Shown here: positions 1 through 12,749 of the stretch, piece after piece
How positions within the stretch are numbered: the first letter of the stretch is position 1
Layout of the letters: each line of letters opens with the position of its first letter
DNA from: Eimeria praecox
Lineage: Eukaryota
NCBI GenBank assembly: GCA_963920595.1
Contig: OY986950.1
Coordinates: 2,232,001 to 2,296,000, forward strand
DNA length: 64,000 bases
Direction of reading: 5' to 3'
The notes under the pieces: generated by a model
Seen by the model: the letters and a program-made list of their open reading frames with translations, nothing else
Databases searched by the model: none
Told to the model about the DNA's origin: nothing
Translations under genes and position numbers: made by a program

Positions 1-1579
1 GGCATGCACTGTGCCTTGGGGCTGGAGAGCAGATGCACCTATCCCATGGAATATTTCAGGCAAGACACCCCAAAAGCTACTCAGTCAATTTTTTTTTAAT
101 GCAGCAGTTTATGATTATTAACACGTAATAGGGTGATCTAATCCCTTCGGTGCTACCCTTGCTCACCTATGGCCATTGCACACGGAGTAATGAGAGTAGT
201 CGGTCTTAACGGAAGACCGTCTGGAGCTTCAGTAGAGGAAAGATGTTTCACATAAAAGTGCTCAAAAAGTTGGTCATCTCCCGGACAGTCTCCAGGCTTC
301 CTCGGAAAAGCAAGCAAAAATCAGAGGCTGGCGCGGAGAGGGAGCAGCTTGTCCTGAGATGCATCCCCCTTGTAGCAGTGCCTGCTGTAAGGCAACCGAA
401 AATGGAAGTATATTCCCTTCTTTCTCCAATACGCGCACCGGTATACGATATCGAAATGGTTAGGCCAGTCCACTGAGGGGAGACACACCCCTGCGCCTAT
501 GCTGGACACCCACTGAATCCAGAGACGAAAAGGGAGAATGACGAGGGATAAAGCCACATGCAGTTGCTGGTGCATTTTACATTTCCTACTTCTGCCGTCC
601 AGCCGCATCTGGTAGCGGTCCGCGCGTGCAGTGGAGTCTCCATTGGCTGTATAAGGCTCCCACAGCGCTGCCCTTGGGACCGGAACTGCTTTGATACCAC
701 CAGCCCCTCAACCTGAAGAAAGCCATGTACCGAACGAACACTCGGCGGCAACATCAGCGAGCGCTTGGGGAAAGGTCCCTACCTACTCCAAAAAAACACC
801 AAGATACAGTATATGAAAAACCTGGGAGTGACATCAGCGGTGGCGCCGAGCTAACGGCAGGCAGAGAGAGGGCTGTATATGGCGGTGGGCAAAACATTGG
901 CACCAATTAGCACTTAGATGAAAGGATGTGGGCTTTATGCCGCAATTGCCAACCTTCAGTGGGAATGAGCGCAACTTCACGATGAGCTGTGCGTGCCCAT
1001 GGTTATAGCCGCTGCCCCTGAGCCAAGGTGGACTCAAAGATGTTCCCCAGAAATTACTTCGCATACGTCTCCTTCAATAACCCACTGGCGTTGTCTGCCT
1101 CTACGATAGATGAGTCAATACTACCGTTTTCTCCGACCGCTGTGCATCGTTACAGACGTGCCCAGGATCTGGTCCACCGTTTCCATTCCCACGTTGGTGT
1201 TGCTGCTGTCCTGTGCGGGAAAGTTCGAGAAAATCTGTGTGAATCCGTTGACCACCTTGGAAAAGAGTCATTTATGGCCGATGATCTCAGTTGAGATATC
1301 TGCCTCGTGGTGGGTCGTGGCGGTCATGCTGTGGTCGATATTAGCCGAGTTATGAATTCGCGCCAGAATGAGCTAGCGCACTTCGGGCCCCTGCCAGTGA
1401 TGATGCCTTTTGGAAGGCAGTGCCGTTTTCAGACATTATTGATGAATAATTGATTCATTTTTTCTGCTGCCACTGAACTCGAACGGCGGTAGAAGTGGGA
1501 AGATCTGCGGACTCTATCCACAGTACAGCAAATGCTATCACAGCCTCAAACCGTTGGTATACCTACTATCCTCTTCCGG

Positions 1580-1606
1580 ATCGGAAGGCTGTGCAAGCCT
1601 TCCGAT
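1580..1606. repeat. Perfect 11-bp inverted repeat with 5-nt loop, inside the integrase remnant
   Basis: ATCGGAAGGCT-gtgca-AGCCTTCCGAT read directly. Confidence 0.9.
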
Positions 1607-2124
1607 TTGAAGGTGTTCCGCTCCATATGCTGCTGGTCTTCCGGACAAGCGGAGGGATATTTCCCGGCTAAGGGGCGCGTGGTATGCCAGCAAAAGAGCC
1701 TAGCACCCCGCTCCCCCCGCTGCATTGACACCTCTATCACCTGCGTAAAGGCGATCAAACATTTTGCTCAGAACTTGTGTGCAAATAAAAGCTGGAAAGT
1801 GTAATCGGTAGAGTCCACGCTTCTTCTGGTATCGCAAGATATCGTTGCCGACGCGGTAGTCATTAACCAGTCTCCCATCATCTATCTTCACAATTCGGAG
1901 AGGAAGAAGGAATTGTTGCAGATAATCGCAGTTGGTGAACACGGGGCCTGACCCAGAAGACCCCGGGAGAGTGCGTCAGCTGCCGCGCTGGTGAAACCCT
2001 TGGTATTCTGGACTGGGGAGCCGTAGCACATAAACCGCCAAACTCGCATAGCGACTCTTCTGTAGTCTTGAAAACTCTTCCGCTGATGTGCTAGACACTG
2101 ACTGCCGGCTGAACAGTGAAGTAC

Positions 2125-2162
2125 CTGCCGTATAAGTAATGCCCGAATTACTTATACGGCAG
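2125..2162. repeat. Perfect 16-bp inverted repeat with 6-nt loop, inside the RNase H remnant
   Basis: CTGCCGTATAAGTAAT-gcccga-ATTACTTATACGGCAG read directly. Confidence 0.95.
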
Positions 2163-4596
2163 TCACTTCACCAGAATACACGGAGTTCTATCTCACGTAG
2201 CGGATATTTCTGCTCCCTTTCCGTGAAATACCGTGAGTGGAAAACCATTAGCGCCTTTTCCAGTCAGTCGCCCTCTGATAGAACATTCCCCTATCTGCTG
2301 TGTCACGGGCGTCAGCCGTTAGGAAGAACTGCTTGTCGAAATTGGCGAGAGCGAACACTGGAGAAGATGCCAGGTGTCTGATGAGGCATTGGGTGGTTTC
2401 ATCTTCTCTTTCCCAGTGATTTTTTTACCCTTCTTAAACAGGTCACTCAGACGGGGGGCAGTGAAAACAAATGCACAAACGAACTCGTGGTAGTACGATG
2501 AGCAGCCAGAGAACTTCCCGGCGGACGTGTGGGTGTATAGGGTTAGAGGCCAAGCTGAAGATGCCTCTGTCTACCGCAGTTCTGGTTCAACTCCTACTAC
2601 AGACACGAAGCCCTAAGAAACCACTTGTTTGTATCAAAACGAACACGTCGATGCTATTACAAACCACTTCTGCTGTAGCAGCGGCAGAACTGCGCCGGTA
2701 AGTCAAATGTTCCTGCTCTTTGAGGCTAAACGCAAGCACACCATCCGTATATATATTGCCTTTAGTACGTCTGATTGGCCCCTAAATGTCGTGCTCGGCC
2801 TTCTCCTGCATCTCGATAGGTGTACTCACGCCCATAAAGGGCAAAAATGTGAGCTCTAGTTTACTCGTGTGATATGGGATGCAGTGTTGCGCGTGTCGTC
2901 GAGATGTAATTAAATATGCAAAACCCGTCAGATAATTAAAATTATGAATATACTGTTGAACCCTGCAAGCGTTCCGGTAGTTCGTTACGAGTTCAACGCT
3001 GTGTATGGATCGCCACACGGGCGGCCTGCCGGGTGCACATTCCTTGTTATTGAGTACATGTGAGAAGGCTTCTTTCAATTTTGCCCATATCTGCTGCTCC
3101 TCGCCTGTTAAGGCTGTCAATCTCCCCGAAATGGCGGTATCGGTAGGATCATTATCACCATCATCAGGTGCAGGCATTTCAAAACCTCTGCGCTGGAGCC
3201 TCGTGGCCCCTTTATCCTTGAGACACTAATTCCAGTCCTTTTACCTTAGAGAGCGCAAATGTTTTGGGGAGCGCTGAGGGGTGAGCTCTCTCTCCCCGAC
3301 TCACATAGCTCAATAGTGTCGTTTGCAGGCCGCATGCGCGCCCTCCATCAAGCCGCCCATGGCATGCCTACGATTATGGTGCGGGGAACTCCTCCGCCTT
3401 ATATGCCCAGTATCATAGTAGTATGAACGAGCTCCTACAATTCTACAGTTCTCCCCTTTATCTCCATAGTTGTACCAATGCCTGTCTAAATTCAGCAAAA
3501 AGTAGTCGTAGAGGTTGCACTCTTCATATCTGGAGAATCAGAAGAAGCGAAGCCATTCCTTATGAATGCGGGGTGGAGGGTCACTATTCACCTGATGGGG
3601 TACGAAAATCAAGCTTCTTTCTGCTGGGCCAGGCTACCGACCCGGGGCTGCATCCCCACACAAAGGGCCATGACCAATCTCTATTGTGCAAAAGGAAAGG
3701 CTGCGATCTTGAAGGAATAACCGGGTGAATGAGTAAGGAATTTAGGGGATTCCTTCGTTCTTCCAAATATTGTTGTGCGCTAATCCGCCTTGCTGAGGGG
3801 ATGTGGGATGCGTTGGTTGCACCTGCCCCGGTGAACCATGATTAGCTACCAGTGGGAGCGAGGGTCCTTGATCCTAGCCGAGAAACTCCGTGAGGTGCAA
3901 TACAGTCACGCATTTACAGAAAGATTTCACAAAAAATGGCTAGCTTCGCAGCTATCCTCTGCTTTTCGTGGGTACAGCGGCCTAGGGGCCTGGGGAAAAT
4001 GCGGAAACGAGCTAGCGTGTCATGCGCTGCAAACGCACATTGTTGCAGCTAGTGCTGTAATGCAGTCGCACATGCACGCACAACCACTATTCCTTTGCTG
4101 CCGGCGCCAGCATTGTAGAGTATAGTGGGGACAGTCGTTAAAGGCTTGCTTGGCCCTTCGTGGTTAACTTACAAGTAAGTAAAGATACGAGTTCTAACAT
4201 CGCTGCACCGCGTCTACAGCGTCAGGCTGCGAAATTACCGCCACTCATGGGTGGAGTTCCGGAGAATAGTCTGTAGTAGTAGTGAGATGCCAATGAAACT
4301 TAACTAGCCAGCGCCAGCCCCCAGGTATATGGTGTGATGCATATTAACTTCCTGTAACGGTGAAAACTAACTATGGAATAGCAGCAGCACCTAGCCGCCA
4401 ACAACAATTATGCTCAAGCCTTCCCCAGGATGCCGCATAGATGTGCCGCACAAGGCAAATAAAGAGTGCCGCATGTCGCATCGCTCCAATTTGTCTCGCA
4501 GCGACCCCCGTGTGCACGGCGTGCCGTCCCGACGCCACTGTTTTCTAAACAAGCTCAAGTAAAACTTCCAACTGGAAGACCTTTACTGCAATCTAA

Positions 4597-4685
4597 GTGA
4601 ATGCTCCATCACGCCGGCTGTGGAAACTTCCCAGTGACTCATGCTCCTAGGGAAGTTCCCACAGCCGGCGTGGTGGAGAATTCAC
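4597..4685. repeat. 36-bp imperfect inverted repeat with 17-nt loop
   Basis: Arms 4597-4632 and 4650-4685 pair at 33/36 positions; one of the three non-Watson-Crick pairs is a T:G wobble on the + strand. Confidence 0.95.
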
Positions 4686-5452
4686 AAAGCATACTTCATG
4701 CCGACTCCGGTTTTTACGGTGCCAAGGATCAAAAGCTTACTAATGTTTCAATGAATTGTGTACTTGTGCCAGGTTAACAAGCTACGCTTCCGCTGCAATG
4801 GGCAGTTAATGGTCTACGTACGAATCGGGTTCGGCAAAGCTCTTACGGGGAAGCGCCGAACAGAGGGGTGGGGCACCCATTTGTGCCTGTAAGAGAGAGT
4901 CGTTCCTGATAATTAATGTGCATCTTAGCATCTAAAAGATCTTGCCTTTCAGGAGTAGCTTAACAGCACCAGGCAAATATCTTAGTCTTTCGATAGCCGT
5001 GCATACCCTTAGGTGGAGGAAGAGAGGCCTCACTCGCAGCCACGCTTCCACTGGGTAGCGGCTGGAGGGATCTTACATCTCTGTTCACATTTATTATGTT
5101 GAACTAAAGCTATAGGGCAGCTTAAGACTGGATAAAAAAACAGCTAAGATTATTTGGCTTTCACAGGCCCCGGTCCCATGTGGGGCTCCATCCGATTTGG
5201 GAAACGTTGTTGGCATTGTCCGGTGTGACCCACTGGTGAGGCTTAAAGAACAATTTGTCGCTATCTGGCTCCTATTTGAGCAAACAAATGCACAGGAGCT
5301 GGAAGTCCGAATGTCGGGGCAAATTCGTGGTCTTGCGATATCTCCTGGTGGCTTTGCCAGCTACGTTTGTCCTGCAAACGTAGAATGAGGAGGTGCTTGG
5401 GGCACTTATGCATTGTTCCAGTTTAGAATAGGCCGTTCCTAAAACTGAGAAA

Positions 5453-7417
5453 ATGCATTTTCAGAAGAAGAGGAAGGGGTTGGCTTTGCAGCTCGTGTTG
5501 CTCCTCGGCTTGGGTCTGCAAACCTCCCGGCGTGCCGCCGGGTTGGCGACTTCCGTATCCCCAAGTCCACCAAATTCGGCCAGTCCGTGGAGTTTGAATC
5601 AGCCGAAGTCTTTGAGAGTGACGAATCCCTTTGTTGATGCCTCTGAGAACGTCGGAGAAGAGGCAGTTTCACAGGAAACGACCCCGGACGTGCAAGCTCC
5701 GTCAACAAGCAAAGCCACAATCTGGCGAAGACTGGCGATTCTAGTGGCCGTGGGAATATCTGTTGCAGTGGCGTTTCAGTTTCACCGGCAGACCTTAAGC
5801 CCTTTTATGAGACTCCCCCAGGAACAGGCTGCTCATCCCGATAAGACTGCACAAACCAGTGAACGGCTAGAAAAGGTCAGAGGCTTGGTTAAGCCGGCCT
5901 CAGTGATAGCTGCAGCCCTGAACACTCCAGGGTCTTTGAAGCTTGTGGCGGAGCTGCAGGAAAACCTGGAGAAAGCTGATAGGGTGCACAGTGAAGGGGG
6001 GGCAGCAGAGGAAACGGAATCATCGCTTGACGCTGCGATGGATTGTGTACAAATGCTGCACAGTGAATTAGTGCAACATGCTGATGCGATTGTGAAGGGT
6101 AGCAAAGTTATTTCTCTCTATCCGCTCGTGGGCACTAATGATCCGAATCCGATTGCAGGAATTAGATCACTAGAGAAGTTCCACGAAGCCGCAGTGAGCC
6201 CGTTCTTGCAGTCTTTGTGTTCAGTGTATAGCGTTTCAGAAGCTCTCTCGGCTCGCACAAAGGAAATTCTTGGGGAGCTGAGAGAGCTCGAGGCGCCATC
6301 ACAGGGGGACGATGGTCGGTGGGTGCCGTCTACTGCGCTTAAGGTTAACTCTTTGCTTTCTACGGTGGATGCACAGCAGTACTTGGAACGGCTTGCGAAG
6401 GGTTTGGTGAGCAGCTCAGTAAGCGGCTTAAGGGTGACCATGCTGGCGGAGAGAGAGGCCAAGCGTTCGCGGCTTCAGTTGGCGCTCGACCTGGTAACTG
6501 TTTATCTGCAGCAGAGCAGGAGGTCCCTGGAGAATGCTTTGGAATCTGCGAACAAAGAAGAATCCTTGGAAGAGAAGAAGGCAGCCTTAAGTGGCATTGA
6601 GGAGGAGGTGAAGGACATCTCTGAAAAAGTATCCAATCTGGTTGCTACTGCCAAAAACTTGCGTGAATGTAAGACACTACAGGATATTTTTGCCGTTTGC
6701 TCCAAGAGCCAGGAAGTCGAGGATGAGGTGTCTGCAAATCTTGAAAGGATTTTGGGGATACTCACCGAATTCGATCCTAAAGATGACAACCTAGACGAGA
6801 GGAGCAAGGTGGCGGTGGAGGAACTGGCAGACAAATATCGCAACATTTTTGCTAGTAAACATGAAGTTATGCAGCGTGCCTACTATGACGTCCAAGAGAG
6901 GGTTATAAATATCATAGGAAAGGCCACACTCCCTACTGCAACGATAATGCAAAAGCAGTCTGGTCGTGTTGCCCAAAATATCCGCGAGAAAATGGACCAA
7001 ACAATGGAGAAATGCAAAGAGGAGATGGGTTACGGCGAATCTGCACTACGCGAATTAAAAACGATGGCTAAGTTGTCGGCTGTTGCACAGGTGTTTGAAG
7101 GACTGAAGGTTTTCGGGTATACTATTGTCCACATGAAGGAAGATGCTCTCCTGCAGCTGCTGGGTCTGCATCTACTAAATATTCTGCAGCACGACATTGA
7201 TCATATCGCGAAGGAGGGAGCTGCAATTGCATCAGACCCGGATTACCCGCATGTTGATTACCAAAAGATGAGCGTGCTGCAGAGCAGCTTCAACGCAGCA
7301 AAGGAGAAAGCCGTTGCCGCAGAGACACTGCAGGATATGACATCCGCAGCTATAGCCATGCGCAACTACCACAGCCAAATTGAAGGGTTGTTATATGAAC
7401 TGCGGCGGAACGCTTGA
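5453..7417 (+). CDS. Intronless 654-aa protein with signal peptide, one TM helix and a long alpha-helical/coiled-coil region; lineage-specific hypothetical protein
   Basis: Uninterrupted ORF with GAAAATG start context. N-terminal hydrophobic LALQLVLLLGLGL, second hydrophobic segment LAILVAVGISVAVAF (~aa 94-108), then E/K/L/A-rich heptad-like sequence. Confidence 0.85.
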   Translation: MHFQKKRKGLALQLVLLLGLGLQTSRRAAGLATSVSPSPPNSASPWSLNQPKSLRVTNPFVDASENVGEEAVSQETTPDVQAPSTSKATIWRRLAILVAVGISVAVAFQFHRQTLSPFMRLPQEQAAHPDKTAQTSERLEKVRGLVKPASVIAAALNTPGSLKLVAELQENLEKADRVHSEGGAAEETESSLDAAMDCVQMLHSELVQHADAIVKGSKVISLYPLVGTNDPNPIAGIRSLEKFHEAAVSPFLQSLCSVYSVSEALSARTKEILGELRELEAPSQGDDGRWVPSTALKVNSLLSTVDAQQYLERLAKGLVSSSVSGLRVTMLAEREAKRSRLQLALDLVTVYLQQSRRSLENALESANKEESLEEKKAALSGIEEEVKDISEKVSNLVATAKNLRECKTLQDIFAVCSKSQEVEDEVSANLERILGILTEFDPKDDNLDERSKVAVEELADKYRNIFASKHEVMQRAYYDVQERVINIIGKATLPTATIMQKQSGRVAQNIREKMDQTMEKCKEEMGYGESALRELKTMAKLSAVAQVFEGLKVFGYTIVHMKEDALLQLLGLHLLNILQHDIDHIAKEGAAIASDPDYPHVDYQKMSVLQSSFNAAKEKAVAAETLQDMTSAAIAMRNYHSQIEGLLYELRRNA

Positions 7418-8249
7418 CTTAGTGCACCCCTGGGCGAAGACTCACACTTTCCATTTGAGTTCTGTCAGCACAGATATCTTGTGCCCATGAAAAGCGCAGG
7501 AAAGAGAGCTAAGGCAAGCACGCCGAGGAGTAGCAATGGTGGGCTTTTCCCACAATTCAAGTGCGAGCTGGAGCTTCTTCAAGAGTGACGCGCTTTGGGG
7601 CGTTGTTGTTGATAGGTTGTTTTCTTGTCTGATTTTAGCCTATTCTAGGCCCCAGAATTTTTTTCGCGGGGCATATCATCATGCTTCGCCATACAAGAGG
7701 CACCCCTGCATTCTGCTTGATGGAGCTGCGCGCCTCTTGTCGCTGAAGCCGTTGAAACTACAAGTATTGGGTCATGATCGATCAGGTCCGCTGTTCCGTT
7801 GATGCCGCTATTTTTGAGTGCCGTATGCCTTCGTCGTAACACACAGGATTTTACAGGTAGCATGCAAATACGCATCGAATCTGCATACATCAGGCTTCAC
7901 ATGCTGCAGCCTACAGATGACCAATCATCAACCTTGCAGCGCGGCCAGCACTCGATGAGGCAGATGCTACGGCCATCTCCCATGCCATCATTTCAGCGCA
8001 ACGCAGCATACTAGCAATTTTCTTCCAGATGAAACGCGGCGCCCTTCCTGTGCCCTCGACAGCAAGCGTACACATCCAGATTGCCTGTGTATGGCATCCT
8101 TTATGCATAGCTGAGGGCGAGTAGTTTTGGAACACCGGAAGAGTTAACTCATTTTCTTTTGAATGTTATCGTTTAGGGCGCACGGCGTTGACGGTGAGTT
8201 AGTTGCACTGCTGTAGTTTGGTGTAGCTTGATAGGTTTCTACGCTGAAT

Positions 8250-10750
8250 CAGTCAATGAGGGTTTATTGGCGATGAACAGCGCCTGCTTGAGTTTCGAAG
8301 CAGAACGGGTATTATGGGGTAAATGTGCGTACAGCTCCAGTTCGCTATAGGCCTTTGCAAGCCAAGACAACAAAAGGATACGTAGAGAGAAGACCAAGAA
8401 GGACCGGGCGCTTGTCTTAGTGCTTTTAGGGACCGACTCTTCCTGCTTGTGGCTAATGGCGACTGCCCAATCTTCTGCAGCCAAAACAAGACACTTCATA
8501 CCAAAGCTGTATATTGCACTAGAATACGCCCACATACTTTTTTTCAAAGCAGTGACAAAGGTGAGCTATTTCAGCGCAGCTTCGACGATGCCACCGTGTG
8601 GCTGTATTAACGGCTTGGCAGAATGTGGTACACACGCATGTGTCATCTACGGTGAGGCATCTGCCGATGGTTGCATGTGGGGTTCATATCCCGGTAACAA
8701 AGGATTCAAAACAGCCATGAAGCAGGGTTTCCAGGCCTTTCGGTGGCCTACAGCGAAACGATGATTCAATGCTGTGGCCGAGAAGAGAGTAGTCCGCCAC
8801 AGCCTAGGGTCTGAAGCTATGGGTGAGAAGAAGGCAGTCCGCAAGGGCAAATGCCGGCTGCAAAGGCTGCAATGCAGCCAATACTTTTGTGCAATGCTTA
8901 CCCAACAAGCAGATCGCCTCCCCTTATTTGTCTAGGGGTGCAAAGAGCGCAGGGGCATGAGGAGAACACTTCTTGTTGCAGGCAAGCACACCTAAACGCC
9001 GTTTTCATGCACTAGCTAACCCTGATATTGGCAAATTTACCGATTTCTCGTAGGCCCTGCTGTGTTTATCCCCCTTCTCTCTCCATGCAGAAAGAGCGTT
9101 CGCGTGTCTCGTTGCCCAATAAGAGGATGGGTGCGCAGATAGCCGGGAAAAAAAGCAAAGCAGCAAGCAAAGAGGCGGCAAAAAAACCAGCAGAGCGGCA
9201 CCCAGAACAACAAAAACCACGCTGAAACAAGGAACCATGGGAGAACTGTGCGCATGCAGCAGATATTTGGTGGCTTTGTCCATCTCTACGAATGTATGAG
9301 TCTGAGTGGCAGTGGCCAGTCCCAGCCGCGGCTACGACAGATATTTCGGTGTAAATAAGGGAGGCCTAGCTGAATAAGATCGAGTACTCCAGAGTTATAT
9401 CATAAAGCGGCTCCGCACACGGAAGAGGCCTAGTGGCTTCAATGAATTTTGCAACGTTTATCAGGGCTTACATCAAGCCCGAAGCCCTAAAGGAGTCCTT
9501 CACACCCTAAAACGATTTAGGCGGATATATCCATGTAATTCACAGAGCCGCTATGATCAGTCTACAGCTCCAACAGCGTTTACCTTGTTGTGGACAAACA
9601 ACTTGTAAGGCGATTTTTTTCGAATGCTCCAGAGCAGTCATAGCATGTCCGCTGCTCACTTGAACCTCGGCGGGCTTACGGAATGATAAAGTGGCAAACC
9701 GGTACAATGGCTCCGGATCCCCCATCCGAACGTACCGGAAGGCGTCATTTTTATCCCTCACGGGGAATGGCGTTCATAGCACAGGAGTGCAATCATAAAC
9801 CCAACACCACCGTGCCCCATTATTTCGCAGCTGATCGATCTCGGGCAAATACTCGTCAGTTGCACTTACCCCATCTGGCGGTATTGGATGCGAACGCCTC
9901 GCATGGAGCACTCGAGAGGAAACAGTCTAAAACCACATGCCATTCTTTCGGTACGGTCATTTTACCTTGTCTTCTCCGGTATGAAAGTTGGCATGCAGTA
10001 TATCCTTGCCCTAGAGGTGGAAGTGCCATCGCAGCATACCTATGGACCTTTTGAAACGGTTCAGAGAACTGCCAAAATCCCCTTGACAATCTGCAGGGGA
10101 ACGATCCAATATGAGGCCACTGTTGTTCTAAAATGCATAGCGACGCGAAGAGGCCACACATGGGGAAGCTTAGGACAGGCGTCCAGGTAGCTCTAAACGG
10201 AATGGGTTGCTGGCGGGGCCCTTATACGGCACTTCTCAGGAGGGTCTACTTGGATTCCTTAGGCATGTCAGGGCTGCCGCAAATGTGGGCATGAAGGGCA
10301 CAGGTTCATTTTCACCTCTTAAAGAGTGCATTTTTTTCATTCAATTACCTACAGGTCCCACTCTTGTATTACAGCCACTGCGCAAGTGGTAAAGAGAGGC
10401 CCATATTCCTATATCAATCTGTTTCTGGTCTAGTTAGTTTGTTGTGGCTTGCATGCCTCTAAATCTGGTTAGCTTGAGGTGTCACCCAAAAATGGCTTTG
10501 GAGCGTTGCGTATTGTGGCGTTGGGCTCTGGGCTAACCTGCACAGCAGCGTATTAATAAGCACGACAAAAAAGCTGGAATCATTGAAGGCAAAAGGGTTA
10601 CCAGAGTGCAGTAGCCGACCGGCATATCGAGGGAGCGTGCGTCAGGGACGACGCTGACGGTATCCTTGCTTAACATGAGTGTACAGCCGTACTGTGAGCC
10701 CGTTGAGTCAAAAAATAATTCATTCATTATTGAACCCTTGGGAACTCTTC
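8250..10750 (-). mobile_element. Second, more decayed Gypsy-like pol remnant (possible protease, RT, RNase H)
   Basis: Minus strand, colinear: LFFDSTGS (protease-like, ~10715), VPKEWHVVLDCF (linker, ~9950), AMNAIP/VRDK..EHSKKIAL (RT LN..T.RD and ED..KTAF-like, ~9780-9605), GLDVSPDK (~9480), KAWK..LNPLLPGYEP..ADAS and LKKSMWAY..KCLVLAAEDW (RNase H, ~8740-8465). Each match is weak on its own. Confidence 0.5.
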
Positions 10751-12749
10751 GTCTGCTGTGTCAGGCACTGACCATAGGTTTGAAGTGCCTGCTATGCAAG
10801 CAGCGTCGAAACTTTTCTACTTCCTGCCAGACTGCAAAGAGCCCCCATCCACTTACCGCCGTGAAATTCGCACGGAGCAGTCAATTGTTTGGTGCATTTT
10901 TGAGCCGCCAGCTTTCTGAGGGAGCATCTCCCTAACTGCTGTGTTACTGGCATCGGCTGTAAGGCGTTGTCGTAAGCAGCGTGTACTGGAGACGATCATA
11001 GGTGTTTAATGAGGCTTCTGGAGGCACCTTCTGCCGTCTCTCTCTCCAAATGAATTATTCATCATTTTTCAGTCAAGCCAGTCCACAGATAGAGCTGCGG
11101 TAGTACGATGCGGGTCTGAGCAATTTCTGAGCATCTATTCAAATGATCAGGGGAAGCAGCCACGTACGAGTGGTCTCTATCTTCGTCGGATCCAGTTCAG
11201 TTTAACTCGTGCTACAGGCGCATGAAATCCCCGGAAGCCATTATCTTGCATGCAAAATTGATATTTGCTGTCTTTATCAACAACTGGTTCTCCCTTGGTA
11301 GTTACACAGCACGGTCCATGCAGCGAGCCGTTCACACCGGTCCTCGGTCGTAGTCGAGGACCGTCGTGAGCTGCAATAGAGCAAAAGACTTAAAGAACGA
11401 GTCTGCAGAAGGCATATTCTCTCCCCTCCGGCACCCAGACTTCATGGGCACAGCTTACCAAGGGCGTTAGCTCGTGCGAACAAGGGCAAGCCTGTCACGG
11501 TTTGCCACACATCTTGATGCAGGTGGCATCGCAACGCACCCCACGTGCGCGCACAAGTGTCCTTCTGTTGCATGCAATAGTTGTGGAATGCGGTATAGAC
11601 TGTCTTTTAACACTTGCTTGGTTGCTCATAGTGAGCTTGCGAGCAAGTAGGGATATGAGTGCCAGCATGGAGCAAAGCATGCAGCACTGAAGGTGCTCCT
11701 ACACATTATGGCTTATCTGAAGCACGTCATCCATCAACAGGAATAACTATACCTCATTTTTGGCCTCAAAATGTCGCAGTTACCTTGTGGCTTTACCTCA
11801 AAAGGTAGTCTCGAGCCTGAGAGAGCGAGCCTGAAAGGGTTATAGGTAAATAGTTTGCAATTGTGGAAGTGCGGTGGGGGAGGTAGTCCCACACAGAAGG
11901 GAAATGCACAGTCATTTTTTATTAGTCAGCTTCGCAGTAAAGACATTCTTCGGTTTACGGGATAAAGGCACCATGCTCATTCTAATGCGGCGAAGCGCCT
12001 AGCCGTTTTCCCCCCTCCCCACCGCTAGATAGACCCTGAAGATGCTTCATCATGCGAGAGGACAAACGCGCTGAATTTTTCGGCGGAGCGTTTCGGTAAT
12101 TAGGTAAAATAGCATCATAGGTTTTTGCTCAGAACGCCTTCACAGCCGCCCCGGTCTGAGGGTGGTGTTCGCAGCTCGCCTGTGCGCATTTGGTTGCCCC
12201 TCGTAGGCACGGGCTGCTACGAAGTATAACGACAGCCCTCACGCTTAGGAGAGGACAATTTTGGGCAGTAATAGAGGTACACCGCTTCAGACAAGAGGTC
12301 ACAAAGAGCACCTGACCTCCCCTCGAAGGTTTCCTGTGCATAGGGCAGAACGCCCTGCAGCTGGTGAGGACAGGAGATCGCATGCCACGAGTTGCAGCGC
12401 ACGCTGCTGGAATCCCAGCTGCAAGTGTAGCGAAGGCGCGGGAACTTAGCTAAATACCGTCGCGAGCTGCAATAGGGTAGCGCGGGTCAACGAAATTAGC
12501 TGAGGACCATCACAAGCAGAAATGGAGTCAAATACTTAAGGGAAGGGTTCTCAAAAAGCAGCCGCTCTACCTTCCACCCTCCACGCCTCCTAGGCACTGA
12601 TGCCTAAGGGCTTAGCCTGCGGAACATGATAAGCTGTTACATGAACCGCAACGCACCTTGCTGCAGCTAGTGCTGCAAGGGAGTCCCGCAGGCACATACA
12701 GCAAATGCCCCTTCCTAGATGCTTTAGCATTGCAGACGGTAGCGCAGAA

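Larger units (their letters stand above)
330..3180 (-). mobile_element. Decayed Ty3/Gypsy (chromovirus-like) LTR-retrotransposon pol remnant: RT, RNase H, integrase, GPY/F, possible chromodomain
   Basis: Minus-strand motifs appear in Gypsy order, broken by stops and frameshifts. PR-RT linker LKEAFSHVL..PGRPPVWRSIHSVEL (~3080-2985). RT thumb KFSGCSSYYHEF..APRLSDLFKKG (~2520-2428). RNase H EQKYPLREIEL and FGHYLYGRYFTV (~2215-2112). Integrase CCTVDR..HF..LFINNV*KRHCLPKGIITGRGPKCASSFWREFITRLNIDHSMTATTHHEAD (~1530-1298). GPF..LMLPPSVRSVHGFLQV (~780-710). Weak chromodomain-like stretch at ~470-340. No LTRs found; ends are approximate. Confidence 0.85.

Noticed and set aside
1..4500. LTR pair, primer-binding site or polypurine tract for the first Gypsy remnant
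   Set aside because: No direct repeat visible between the two flanks; probably too decayed or outside the window.
11360..12475. 20-bp direct repeat ACCGTCG(T/C)GAGCTGCAATAG at 11360-11379 and 12456-12475
   Set aside because: Similarity does not extend on either side; too short to call an LTR or a duplication.
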